From a virus: DNA of 64,000 nt. Position numbers and translations under genes: made by a program. The notes beneath the pieces were generated by a model. That model saw only the letters and a program-made list of their open reading frames with translations, had not been told where the DNA came from and did no database searches. How positions within the stretch are numbered: the stretch's first letter is position 1; each line of letters begins with the position of its first letter. Location: IMG/VR virus record IMGVR_UViG_3300047548_001271, positions 64,001-128,000 of that record; one strand, written 5' to 3'. This document shows, in pieces, positions 1 to 9,710 of this stretch.

Positions 1-263
1 CCATGTTTTCTATCACAGTAGATCTGAGTCATTGACTTGCCACCCGCTGAGCTAGCCAAGCATCCTGGGCGTATTAGAGCGATTACGTCGGAAAGCTCCG
101 AGATAGTTCTTGGTTTGATTTTTTTCACCCAACTCTTACCAAGATAGCTCTCAATCTGAAAACAACCTTTTACTTGTCCATCACAAATCATATCCCAAAC
201 ATCTGGGTCGTTTAGATTACATGTCTGTATATTAAGATCGTCTTCAGCTAAAGCCTTAAACAT
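1..263 (-). CDS. dnaE: DNA polymerase III alpha (DnaE-type), third fragment (finger/C-terminal part), runs off window
   Basis: Not in the ORF track. Manual translation from ATG at 263: MFKALAEDDLNIQTCNLNDPDVWDMICDGQVKGCFQIESYLGKSWVKKIKPRTISELSDVIALIRPG. This matches the DnaE 'D..VW..I..G...G.FQ.ES...KP..I.EL....AL.RPG' segment. Confidence 0.9.
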   Translation of the reverse strand, partial: MFKALAEDDLNIQTCNLNDPDVWDMICDGQVKGCFQIESYLGKSWVKKIKPRTISELSDVIALIRPGCLASSAGGKSMTQIYCDRKH

Positions 264-948
264 TAAAACAACCCTTAAAGTTTTCTTTGGATACTTTATT
301 ACGAATGAATTTCATAGTTCTGCAAAACAATTCGGCGGTCATCATAACGTCGGACATAGCATCGTGTGCAGTTCCTTTAGAATAACCCATGTGACCTCTT
401 ATTAAATTATCCGCACTTAGAGATGAAACTTCTTTATCATTCTCAAAAAAGCTAAACATGAATGGATACATATCAATTACATTGATTATGCTAAACAAAT
501 CTTGTCTATTTTCTTTATTTGATGGTCCATATTTATAAGGTTCTTTACAGCAAATCCTTTCAACAATAGGCATGTCAAAATTTACAATATTATAACCAGT
601 TGCAATTGGTGCTGTAAAATTGCTATTACCAGTATTGAACTGCTTACAATATTCAGTAAAATTTGACCATACCGACTCAAGAGATGGAGCATTTTCTAGC
701 ATCTCTTTAGTCTTTCCATGTTTTTTAACAGCGTCATCTGTTAATGGATCAAGATTCAATTTTTTGCATTTTTCTTCATCAAAAATTGGACGGATCAATG
801 ATTGAAATTCTGTTCCGTGCTTTATCTCTAATTTTCGGCCATGAATAACTACCGCAGCAATTTGAACTGGTTGTGTTGTCGCAGCAAACTTAGAAGTGGT
901 TTCAAAGTCAAAACATATAAAATCTCTATAATTCATTAATCTCTCCAA
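256..948 (-). CDS. DEDDh 3'-5' exonuclease (DnaQ/epsilon-like proofreading subunit)
   Basis: ExoI DFETT, ExoII GYNIVNFD, ExoIII HDAMSD; lies among the dnaE fragments. Confidence 0.88.
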   Translation of the reverse strand: MERLMNYRDFICFDFETTSKFAATTQPVQIAAVVIHGRKLEIKHGTEFQSLIRPIFDEEKCKKLNLDPLTDDAVKKHGKTKEMLENAPSLESVWSNFTEYCKQFNTGNSNFTAPIATGYNIVNFDMPIVERICCKEPYKYGPSNKENRQDLFSIINVIDMYPFMFSFFENDKEVSSLSADNLIRGHMGYSKGTAHDAMSDVMMTAELFCRTMKFIRNKVSKENFKGCFNV

Positions 949-1430
949 TAATTTTCTACTTTAATTTTTTTAGACATTGCGTATTTAACTGTGTAAAATG
1001 TTCCACTTTCTTGTTCTAATGGATTAAGCAAAGCAAAAACCATATCACAGTTATCAACCATAGCTCTATCTCTTTCAGTGAAAGCGGATGGTTTATATTG
1101 ATCATGAAGAACTACAACTTTTTCAGCTTTACCTATTATTTGATTATACTTTTCTTTAGTTGATGTTGGCCAAGCTGATTCTTGACCTTTAAATGGTATA
1201 TAACAATGAATTGGTATTTCAAGTTCAATAGCGACTTCAGCTAGCCAAGTGTCAAATCCAATTGCCATACCTGTGATAATATGACTTATTTGCCCGCTGT
1301 TATAGCCAACATCTAAGTCACAATATAGTCTATTTTTTAGATTTTTCAACCATGGATGGTTATCATTATATTTACAAGGACAATATTTTGGTCTATGCCC
1401 AGTTCCTGCAATTCTATTCATAATCTCCAA
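936..1430 (-). CDS. YspA/DUF1273-like SLOG family protein
   Basis: N-terminal GTGHRP, TGMAIGFD, 'RDRAMVDNCD' and GT..TV.YA motifs. Confidence 0.8.
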   Translation of the reverse strand: MEIMNRIAGTGHRPKYCPCKYNDNHPWLKNLKNRLYCDLDVGYNSGQISHIITGMAIGFDTWLAEVAIELEIPIHCYIPFKGQESAWPTSTKEKYNQIIGKAEKVVVLHDQYKPSAFTERDRAMVDNCDMVFALLNPLEQESGTFYTVKYAMSKKIKVENYWRD

Positions 1431-2262
1431 TTCCTTCGCAAGTCATTTGTATTTTACTTAAAAGAGAAACGCCAAGAATATCAAATTTTGTGCATCCAAT
1501 AGCTTCAAGATCACCCATTTCCATTCCAGCAATTTTAGCATTTCCTCTAGCTTCTTTGATCATTGGGCAGACCTCATTTAGCAAATCTAATGAAATAACT
1601 ACACCAGCGGCGTGTTTACCTTGAGATTTGTATGTTCCTTCCAACCGTATAGCTTGTTCAAAATCTCTCGCATATTCACCTTTCAAAGATCCATCTTCGT
1701 CTATCCAACAATAATCAGACAACTCTTTAGGTGTGTTCTCAAGGGACCACATTAATATTGACGGCCTTTCCATATCTTTCAACTCATCGGAAATTTCAGC
1801 CTCGTCTGGTATATATTTTGTGATTTGGTTCATTTGTTCCGGAGAACATCTATCATTGACTCTTAGAACTTCTTTTAGGATCGATTTGCCTTGAAGCCGA
1901 CCAAACGTAATCATTTGACAAACTCTGTCCGAGCTATACTTATCTCGAAGATATTGAATAACATCTTCTCTAATTTCTGGTGGAAAGTCAACGTCAATGT
2001 CTGGTAAGGAGTAGTTTCCTTTTATAAACTTAACAGGTTTTGTCTTATCTAAATCATCGCATTTTCCACAAACCCATAACACATAACTATTTTTTGAATT
2101 TGATTTTACTTCGACATTTTCTATTATGTGCTTATAGTAGGCAAATCCATTTTTCATTTCTGATATGATATTACATTCTTCAATAAAGAACGGATTGTTC
2201 TCTACTTCTTCAAGTCTATTATCAATAGGTCTTAATCCGTTTTTACTCAATACTGAATTCAT
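1414..2262 (-). CDS. dnaE: DNA polymerase III alpha (DnaE-type), second fragment (catalytic palm)
   Basis: LPDIDVDF catalytic motif, GKHAAGVVIS, KFDILG. Confidence 0.92.
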   Translation of the reverse strand: MNSVLSKNGLRPIDNRLEEVENNPFFIEECNIISEMKNGFAYYKHIIENVEVKSNSKNSYVLWVCGKCDDLDKTKPVKFIKGNYSLPDIDVDFPPEIREDVIQYLRDKYSSDRVCQMITFGRLQGKSILKEVLRVNDRCSPEQMNQITKYIPDEAEISDELKDMERPSILMWSLENTPKELSDYCWIDEDGSLKGEYARDFEQAIRLEGTYKSQGKHAAGVVISLDLLNEVCPMIKEARGNAKIAGMEMGDLEAIGCTKFDILGVSLLSKIQMTCEGIGDYE

Positions 2263-2825
2263 CTATACTCTTTCTAATACTCTTTCTAGTTTCTATAATA
2301 ATATTATAAAATCCGTTTATCAACCAAGATTCTATATACACACCATTGAATTTAGTAAAGAGTGGCAAATCCCATGTTGTTTTCAATAAACCTTCTGATA
2401 TTTGACCCTCTAATTTATTAACTATATTTTTAATCATATTCTTTCTCAAAATCATATTTTTTACTAATAATCATTACAAGCATTCTTTATTATTTCATAA
2501 ATATTACCAAATCTGTGCCTTGATAAAACCGCAAAATATGATCCATGTAAAATACATCGTTTGAGCTGATTATTTCAGCTTCTGAGATTTTATATTTTAA
2601 TTTATAAATTATATTTTTTAATATCATTTGTTACAACTTTAATTAAAGTCTTTTGTGATTTGTTTAGCAATAAATGCTTTGGCATAAATCCCAATAAAGT
2701 TATTGATTCTATATTCATTACGGTTTTTAAGAGAAAATCGATAATAGTTTTCTAAATCGCTATTATTGATTTTGTATTTACCAAAAAAATAATATTCAAT
2801 TATACATTTAGTATAATAATTTAAA

Positions 2826-4055
2826 TCAATTAATTTTTTCATTGTATTCGTACTCATCAAAACTAATCTTATCTCTTGAAAATCTACCACCATTAAAAAA
2901 TCGCTCAAAAAGTAAGCCGTATTCAATTGGATCAACTAGCGTAATCCCTAGTAGATAACAAACTAATGATCCGGCACCGCTGCCTCTTCCAGGTCCAATT
3001 AAATAACCTTTTGATCTAAAGTGGTTAACATAATCTTGTACAATTAAAAAGTAACCAGAAAGACCAGTGTTTGATATAACTCCAAGCTCATATAATACTC
3101 TATTTTTATATTCCTCTTGTTTTTCTGCTGGAATTTTATCTTTGATTAATTTTCTCCATCCAGAACGACAAAGCTCTTTTAGATATTCCTCTTGAGACAT
3201 TCCACTTGGGCAACTAAAGGAAGGAAGTTTTGGGTTTGACAAAATATTGAATTGTGTTATTTTACTAATTAAGTCTGAGAAATTATCTTCGTTAATTGAT
3301 CTAATATAGTAAGAACTATTTCGTATGAACATTAGCAAGTTTGTATTGTTGCTATTCTCTTTTTCTATTTTGTCTTGCAGTCTTTCAAGCGTTGTTTTTA
3401 GCTTAGAGCATAGAATAACTCTATGGTCTATCGAGTCACACCTTTTATTGTAAAAACTAGAAGAAAATGGTATTTTTTTTACATTAGTATTTATTAAGGC
3501 TTCTCTAAGAACTTTTATCGCTAAAAGCGTTGTTGAATCTTGATCATCAATTTCTATGTAATAGTCTTCGCCAAATATATTTTGCATTTCTTGTATTACA
3601 CTGCTAGGATCGGCGATATTGTAGGATTCAACATCTGCAAAGTCAATGGACTCTCCTAAGCAGTGACGAGCTAAGCGACTCCCTAAATAACCATCAACAC
3701 AAACGAAGTTTTGAGGATTTATTAGTGTAATAAGTTCTTCAAATGATATTTTTGCCCCTTTGTCATAATTATCCTCGTCATTACATCTTGATATAACAAC
3801 AAGTAAATTCTTCCAAGCATTAATATTTTTACAGAACAAACAGATAGACGACCCATCCTTTAACACTATCTCTGAGCCAATTATTGGTATTATTTCATTC
3901 TCTTTACAAGCTTTAAGGAATGATATGACGCCGCTGATTGAACCAATATCACAAATACCAGCATGTTTATATCCAAGCTCTTTACATCTCTTTACTATGT
4001 CTTTTGGCTTCTGAGTTGACAATAGTAATGAATAATGAGAATGATTTCTTAGCAT
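2826..4055 (-). CDS. dnaE: DNA polymerase III alpha (DnaE-type), first fragment (PHP domain and start of palm)
   Basis: HSHYSLL PHP start, GYFLIVQDY, GPGRGSGAGSLVCYLLGIT.VDP, LLFERF. Confidence 0.93.
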   Translation of the reverse strand: MLRNHSHYSLLLSTQKPKDIVKRCKELGYKHAGICDIGSISGVISFLKACKENEIIPIIGSEIVLKDGSSICLFCKNINAWKNLLVVISRCNDEDNYDKGAKISFEELITLINPQNFVCVDGYLGSRLARHCLGESIDFADVESYNIADPSSVIQEMQNIFGEDYYIEIDDQDSTTLLAIKVLREALINTNVKKIPFSSSFYNKRCDSIDHRVILCSKLKTTLERLQDKIEKENSNNTNLLMFIRNSSYYIRSINEDNFSDLISKITQFNILSNPKLPSFSCPSGMSQEEYLKELCRSGWRKLIKDKIPAEKQEEYKNRVLYELGVISNTGLSGYFLIVQDYVNHFRSKGYLIGPGRGSGAGSLVCYLLGITLVDPIEYGLLFERFFNGGRFSRDKISFDEYEYNEKIN

Positions 4056-4056
4056 T

Positions 4057-5058
4057 TTAATCCTTCGCTATTCTTCCGCCGCCGTCTTGATATTTTGTAA
4101 TTTTCTTTAAGTCTGCGTATTTTTCTGTGACTTTTTTAATTCCATCTCTTTTTATTTCTTTGTGCATCGCTTGGCATATAGTATCTCCATTTTCTGTCAA
4201 TTCTGAAAAATTGCATAGCTTTGTACATTTGAAATCGGTGTTATTTGCAGAAACTTGCTTAGGTATTTGAACATTTTTTATGTATTCAAATTTTTGTCGA
4301 AGCATTGATTCAGCTTTTATATAATCAGATTCATCAAATGGCAAGTCAAAAACACCACCATCGTTAACATAAAAGATACTAGTATAAAATGAATACTCTG
4401 GATAAAGATTTTTGATCGCATAATAGTATAAAAGTAATTGAGGGTCTTTTTGAAAATCTTCATATTCTTTAATCTTTCCAGTTGCCCAGTCTTTTCTTTT
4501 CCCACTTTTGTAGTCTAATATCTGAAAGTATTTTTCATCCTCTTGTATGATTAGGTCAACTGTGCCTTTGATAGATAAATAACCAGATATTTTTTGTCCA
4601 TTAACTTCATAATCATACTTAGCCCAATCTTGTTTTATTTCTATATCAAAAAATTTTTCAGTAGCAAATACGTTTTGATTTCTTGGGTCGTACATTCCAT
4701 TTTTGTATAATATTGTCTTATATACCCAAGAAATACAAGTCTGCAAATCAGCTTCTGTTAAACCTAAATCTGGCTCTAGCTTGGAATAGTGTTCGAAAGC
4801 TAGCGTCGTAATATACTCGATATCATCGCACTGGGCAAATGTCAAATCCTCTAAATCGTCATTTTTTAGCTTTCTTTTTTTAGTTTTTTGTGCTAATTTT
4901 TTATCGGCTAGGATTTGTAAGGCTCGATGCATGATTGTTCCCATTGTCGCCTTTTTGTTTTGCTTGCCTTTAAAACCCAAAACATATGTGAAAAAATATT
5001 GCATTTCACACATACTAAGCGTGCCAATAGAACTAGATCTTAAATAACATATCATCAT
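4057..5058 (-). CDS. PD-(D/E)XK nuclease (RecB/Cas4-like exonuclease)
   Basis: GT.MH, KGTVDL, ILDYKSG, QLLLY motifs; Cys residues at both ends. Confidence 0.8.
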   Translation of the reverse strand: MMICYLRSSSIGTLSMCEMQYFFTYVLGFKGKQNKKATMGTIMHRALQILADKKLAQKTKKRKLKNDDLEDLTFAQCDDIEYITTLAFEHYSKLEPDLGLTEADLQTCISWVYKTILYKNGMYDPRNQNVFATEKFFDIEIKQDWAKYDYEVNGQKISGYLSIKGTVDLIIQEDEKYFQILDYKSGKRKDWATGKIKEYEDFQKDPQLLLYYYAIKNLYPEYSFYTSIFYVNDGGVFDLPFDESDYIKAESMLRQKFEYIKNVQIPKQVSANNTDFKCTKLCNFSELTENGDTICQAMHKEIKRDGIKKVTEKYADLKKITKYQDGGGRIAKD

Positions 5059-5064
5059 AGTATT

Positions 5065-5934
5065 TTACTTTATTGTTGTTGTGTATCTACCAGTATTTAT
5101 TTTTTGAGTTACTCCGAGCTTGATCATTAATTTCAAAAACTCAGAACATGATTCTTCTATAGATATATTTTGATTGTCAAGTATAAAGTCAAAGCCCTCA
5201 TATCCATCAAGCTCAACCTCGCTGATATGCGAGTCTTCTTTTACTGATCTTGTTAATCGTACAACTTTGCCGCCAGCAGCTTGAATGGCTTTGACTTCAT
5301 TTTCGAATCTACAATCACTAATTACTGCAATTGCCGACCCATCACTATTTATGCGATTTAAACAGTTGTTAATCCATATTGGCCCATATATTTTTCTCAT
5401 GATATTAGTGCCAAAGAACTGCATAAATTCACGAGCTGTCATTGGTCCAGGATCATGAAACGTCATTTTTGAAATCACATCTCTTACATTAGATCCATAG
5501 TGATTTTTCATAACAGCGTTATAAAATTCTGCATCAGTGATAACACCCGGCATATTTTCCCATAGCAAATGTTCTTGAATCTGATTCTTTTGTTCATCAG
5601 TTCCATAAACACATTCTAGTGGAATATTGAATAGGGAAACGCATAATTCTTTTAAAGAATCGGCAAAGCTATAACCTTTTATTAAAGGCCAGATTCTTCT
5701 ACTAGCAAAATCGTAAAAATTATCATTATTTTGATTTAAATCAAGAACACCCATTTGTTCAACTACATCGCCATTATCATCTGACACTGTGCAATTTACA
5801 ATCAAATCTCCAGTAGGAGAAATTTCAAATCTATCAATTATATCATGCCTTTTCATTTCATGGCCGTGTATAAAGTTTGATAATGTTGTTTTGCCACTTT
5901 GTTTGCGGCCAGATAAAGCAATAATTGTTGTCAT
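5065..5934 (-). CDS. deoxynucleoside monophosphate kinase
   Basis: GRKQSGKTT P-loop, SFADSLK, REFMQFFGT, ISDCRFENE, HISE. Confidence 0.85.
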   Translation of the reverse strand: MTTIIALSGRKQSGKTTLSNFIHGHEMKRHDIIDRFEISPTGDLIVNCTVSDDNGDVVEQMGVLDLNQNNDNFYDFASRRIWPLIKGYSFADSLKELCVSLFNIPLECVYGTDEQKNQIQEHLLWENMPGVITDAEFYNAVMKNHYGSNVRDVISKMTFHDPGPMTAREFMQFFGTNIMRKIYGPIWINNCLNRINSDGSAIAVISDCRFENEVKAIQAAGGKVVRLTRSVKEDSHISEVELDGYEGFDFILDNQNISIEESCSEFLKLMIKLGVTQKINTGRYTTTIK

Positions 5935-6977
5935 ATCATTCCTATTAATTTTGGTTTTATAAATTTGTTAACTTCTTCAACTGTCATTTCTCCAACATCT
6001 TTTTTTTGGAGTTCAATATCAATAATATTAAAAAATGAGGACAGTCTTTCTCTTATTTCTTGTCTACATTTTTTCCCAGCTTCATCATTATCCATAATTA
6101 CAATTAGATTTAACGCGCCAGTTCTCTGGAGCATAAATTCTTGAGAATCACTTAAATGACAGCCAAAAATACCGACACAGTTTTTAATGCCAGATTCCCA
6201 TAATCTTAGCACATCACCCTGTCCTTCGACAATGATAATCGAGCCACTTTTTTCAATAAAAGGTAAAGATTTTCCATAATTATAAAGGTGGTTTGATTTA
6301 TTAAATCCTTTTTTGTTAATCCATTTTGATTCTGAATTTGTTACTGTTCGGCCAACACAACCTACTAGATACTTGTCATCATCATCATAAATAGGAAAAA
6401 CAACCCTATTGTAAAAACTAGAACTTGGATCTAAGCATAGACCAATATCAAATTCATCCAATGTTTCTGGTTTAAATCCTCTATTTATATAGAATTGTGA
6501 AGGTATTTTAAGTCTCTTCCTGACATCTGCTTTTGTGAATTTTGTTTTTTCAGGTCTTTTCTGTTTACTCAGCAAATCTAAATAAGAATCTTTTTCATAT
6601 TTGAATGCCTTAGCCTTAACACCTTTCGTGAAACTTTCAAGAAATTTTATTGTTTCAACAAATGTGTGTTTCTTATTTAGTTTTTTATCAAGAAGTAAAT
6701 TAACTAGTGATACTATGTCATGACCTTTGTGTTTGTGACATTGTTTTGTGTTACAAAACCATAAACCATAATGACGACTATCCTCTTCGATATTAATATT
6801 CCATGCTGAAGGATTGTCACCGTTGTGAACTGGGCACGAACCAACTAAAATTTCATCTTGCTCAAAAAAATCATTATAACCAAAGTAATCTAAAAGATCA
6901 AAAATTCTCTTCATCGCCTTCATCTTCAGATTCAGAAGTGCTTGCGTTCGAGAATCCTTTTGATCTTGTTTTTTCAT
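5931..6977 (-). CDS. dnaG: DNA primase (DnaG-type, zinc finger plus TOPRIM)
   Basis: CPVHNGDNPS zinc finger, R.VFPI, VEGQGD, DND.AG. Confidence 0.9.
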   Translation of the reverse strand: MKKQDQKDSRTQALLNLKMKAMKRIFDLLDYFGYNDFFEQDEILVGSCPVHNGDNPSAWNINIEEDSRHYGLWFCNTKQCHKHKGHDIVSLVNLLLDKKLNKKHTFVETIKFLESFTKGVKAKAFKYEKDSYLDLLSKQKRPEKTKFTKADVRKRLKIPSQFYINRGFKPETLDEFDIGLCLDPSSSFYNRVVFPIYDDDDKYLVGCVGRTVTNSESKWINKKGFNKSNHLYNYGKSLPFIEKSGSIIIVEGQGDVLRLWESGIKNCVGIFGCHLSDSQEFMLQRTGALNLIVIMDNDEAGKKCRQEIRERLSSFFNIIDIELQKKDVGEMTVEEVNKFIKPKLIGMI

Positions 6978-8376
6978 TTTTCTTTATCTCTCTAATCAAA
7001 CCTATTTCTCTGATATTTGCTGTAGAGCCATCCATTTGCAAGCAGATGTAACCACCGTCATCAATTCCTGGCCCATGCCTAGCAACAAGCGGAATTAGCT
7101 TACGATTGCCATTTTGCAAGCCATCTTGAGCCCTCTCCTCGTCTGTCTTCGCCTTAAAGATGGAGAATGAGGTACAAAGCCAAATCAGACGGTCAGAGCC
7201 AGATACGGCGTCTGTAGATTCTTTAGTGATACCATCTCTATTAAGCTGGACAAATGATAAGCAAGCACAATCATTCTCAACACAAAAATTATGCAAGCTA
7301 GTTATTTGAAATCCTAACACTTGAAATTCTGCAAGGTTATTACTTATACTCTCAGAAGTCATTAACTTCAAATAATCATAAATAATTAGACAGTCTTTTA
7401 GTTTTCCATTCTCATCATATCCAACATGTTTCATTAGCCATCGCCTAGCAATTGACAATGTCTCTTCAAAAGGTTTTCCAGCAATGCTAATATAATGATA
7501 TGGTATTTTCTTTAGAACTTTTGCGGCGGCAACAACTTTATCTCTGTCCTCAAAGTTTTTTGCAAAACCACCATTCGCAATAGTATTGATTTCAACACCA
7601 CTTAAATTTGCGAGTAATCTATTCCAATGATCTTCAGTGCTCATTTCTGTGTCGAGCATTAACACTGGAATGTTTAATTTGCTAGAAATATGCAATGCAA
7701 TATTATCAGCAATGCAGCTTTTCCCAACTTTTGGTCGAGCGGATATTAGATCAACACACTTTCTTCTAAAACCTCCACCAATAGCAACATCATAAGATGG
7801 ATATCCACTAGGAATTCCTAATGATTTTCCTTTATTATTTTCTACGTGCTCAAGATATTCATCAATCGACTCGCCAATTTTCTTTGGTGCCGATTCATCC
7901 TCTTTAATATATGACAGACAAATATCTTCGATTGGTTTTTCAACTAAAGAAAGAATCTTGTTTATTGTCTCTTCACCGGAAGTCGCGTCTAATGCTCGAT
8001 AAATATCTCTTAACTTATTTTGAATTGTTCGAGAGAATTGCAGTCTTCGTATCTTTTGAGCGTGTTTTCTAACATTCTCTATTTTTATACTTGCTGATAA
8101 AATACCATTTAAATGCTTTAGATTTTCTTTTTCATTGATAAACTCGCCGAGAGATAAGGTTTGTGCTGATGATAATATTGTTGAAAAATCTATCTTTGCG
8201 TTGGTTTTAATTGCATGTTTTATACACGCAAATATTACACGATTCACTTCTAATGTGAATGTGCTCTCCTCAACCAAACCATCAACATCTAGCCATGCAT
8301 CTTCTCCAAACTGACAAACACCAGCAAGAACAGCTCTTTCAGAGGCAATGTTTTGCAAATTAGACTTTGATGTCAT
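6898..8376 (-). CDS. dnaB: replicative DNA helicase DnaB
   Basis: ARPKVGKS Walker A, DTEMS, IYDYLKL, QLNR; start placed at MTSK (8376) to avoid overlap with the upstream ORF. Confidence 0.9.
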   Translation of the reverse strand: MTSKSNLQNIASERAVLAGVCQFGEDAWLDVDGLVEESTFTLEVNRVIFACIKHAIKTNAKIDFSTILSSAQTLSLGEFINEKENLKHLNGILSASIKIENVRKHAQKIRRLQFSRTIQNKLRDIYRALDATSGEETINKILSLVEKPIEDICLSYIKEDESAPKKIGESIDEYLEHVENNKGKSLGIPSGYPSYDVAIGGGFRRKCVDLISARPKVGKSCIADNIALHISSKLNIPVLMLDTEMSTEDHWNRLLANLSGVEINTIANGGFAKNFEDRDKVVAAAKVLKKIPYHYISIAGKPFEETLSIARRWLMKHVGYDENGKLKDCLIIYDYLKLMTSESISNNLAEFQVLGFQITSLHNFCVENDCACLSFVQLNRDGITKESTDAVSGSDRLIWLCTSFSIFKAKTDEERAQDGLQNGNRKLIPLVARHGPGIDDGGYICLQMDGSTANIREIGLIREIKKNEKTRSKGFSNASTSESEDEGDEENF

Positions 8377-8377
8377 A

Positions 8378-8845
8378 TTATTTTCCTGGTATGGATTTTG
8401 AAATACAGCGATCACACACAAAATATTCTCGATTAAAAGCTGGGTTTATATCATGTTCTTTCCCGCATTTTTCACAAACTCTTTTTATGTATTTAAATTT
8501 TGGCCTATTTCTCGGAGTCAGATTAATTTTTGGAGTATCTTTATCTTCTTCCGGATCTATTTTTATTTCGCTTGGATTAAATGTATTAGTTCTTAAATTT
8601 CTTGTGCTAGTTTTAATAATCGAAGTTTCAGTTTTTTTTGAACTAGCTATATAACTATTTGTAGAAGGCTGTTTCTCATCAGGAGGCTCTTTTATAAGTT
8701 TTTGCTTATTGCTCGTTCTTCTCTTTTTAGGTTTTTCCTCTTTTAGTTGAGTAGTATCACTATTTTTTTGAATCAGAGATTCCGCCATAAGTGTAATAAT
8801 TTTTTCTAGTTTTTCAAGCCTAGATGATAAATCTTCTATTTCCAT
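8378..8845 (-). CDS. hypothetical protein with C-terminal zinc ribbon
   Basis: CEKCG...CDRC. Confidence 0.55.
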   Translation of the reverse strand: MEIEDLSSRLEKLEKIITLMAESLIQKNSDTTQLKEEKPKKRRTSNKQKLIKEPPDEKQPSTNSYIASSKKTETSIIKTSTRNLRTNTFNPSEIKIDPEEDKDTPKINLTPRNRPKFKYIKRVCEKCGKEHDINPAFNREYFVCDRCISKSIPGK

Positions 8846-9321
8846 TGTTTAGACCTTCCAAAATCTTGATATATTGAAATCAACCTTCTTAGATCAGAGC
8901 ATGATTGTGCTGATCTATCCTTTAACGAACTCAATCTTATACAACACTTTTCAAGAAGAGTAAGAAAAGAATTGTCTTTTATAATTGCTTGTCTCTTTAC
9001 ATTTGTTGGCATAAATTTATCATAATTACTCCATTGTTTAGAGCATTCTCTGTCAATAACTGCCGAGGCGTAATTAATAATAGAAGAACAATGATCTACT
9101 ATTCTTTGTAGATAGAGGACATAACTAGTCATCAGAGTTGCATAGGCAAAGCACTCTTCTTGTGTAAAAGAAACAATATCTTCATAATTAAATGATATTA
9201 ACTCTTTATATTTTTCATTATAATTACATCTTGGTATATTATTATGATCGGATATTTTTTCGAGCCAATCATTAAATTCACTTAAGTGTGTTGACTCATT
9301 AATAATATCTGTGATTTCCAT
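8836..9321 (-). CDS. hypothetical helical protein (possible recombination mediator)
   Basis: Tightly coupled ORF between recA and dnaB; function is a guess from position. Confidence 0.45.
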   Translation of the reverse strand: MEITDIINESTHLSEFNDWLEKISDHNNIPRCNYNEKYKELISFNYEDIVSFTQEECFAYATLMTSYVLYLQRIVDHCSSIINYASAVIDRECSKQWSNYDKFMPTNVKRQAIIKDNSFLTLLEKCCIRLSSLKDRSAQSCSDLRRLISIYQDFGRSKQWK

Positions 9322-9710
9322 AACTCTCTTTCATTGTATTTTAATTCTATATACATGATATTGTTAAGATCGCACCACTCTTTTTTAATCTTGTCTCTGT
9401 TTTTGTATTTTAAGAAATCTAATTTTGACTTATGAAATAGAGATGTATATTCATAATGTTGTTTTCCGTGAACCTCAACAATAATCATCTTATTTGGCAA
9501 AAAAAAGTCAGCATACAATAAACCCTTCCCGTTCTTTTTAGATCCAGGAAGGGTTACTTCTTCGTAAAATCTTTGATTCGGGAAAATTTCAACAAGTAAT
9601 TCTCTAGCTGATATATGTAATGAAGATTTTCCGCTTCTATGTTTTCTGCTTTTATTTTTTAGATAATTAAACTTGTGAAGTTTTCCATCAAATCCTACAA
9701 CGATCATCAT
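9282..9710 (-). CDS. putative PD-(D/E)XK/Vsr-like endonuclease
   Basis: ADFFLP..IIVEVHGKQH and 'D..K..WC..NNI..IE' pattern. Confidence 0.7.
   Translation of the reverse strand: MMIVVGFDGKLHKFNYLKNKSRKHRSGKSSLHISARELLVEIFPNQRFYEEVTLPGSKKNGKGLLYADFFLPNKMIIVEVHGKQHYEYTSLFHKSKLDFLKYKNRDKIKKEWCDLNNIMYIELKYNERELWKSQILLMSQHT

Noticed and set aside
4057-5058. Cas4 as evidence of a CRISPR-Cas system
   Set aside because: No array or other cas genes; it sits in the replication operon like ordinary phage exonucleases
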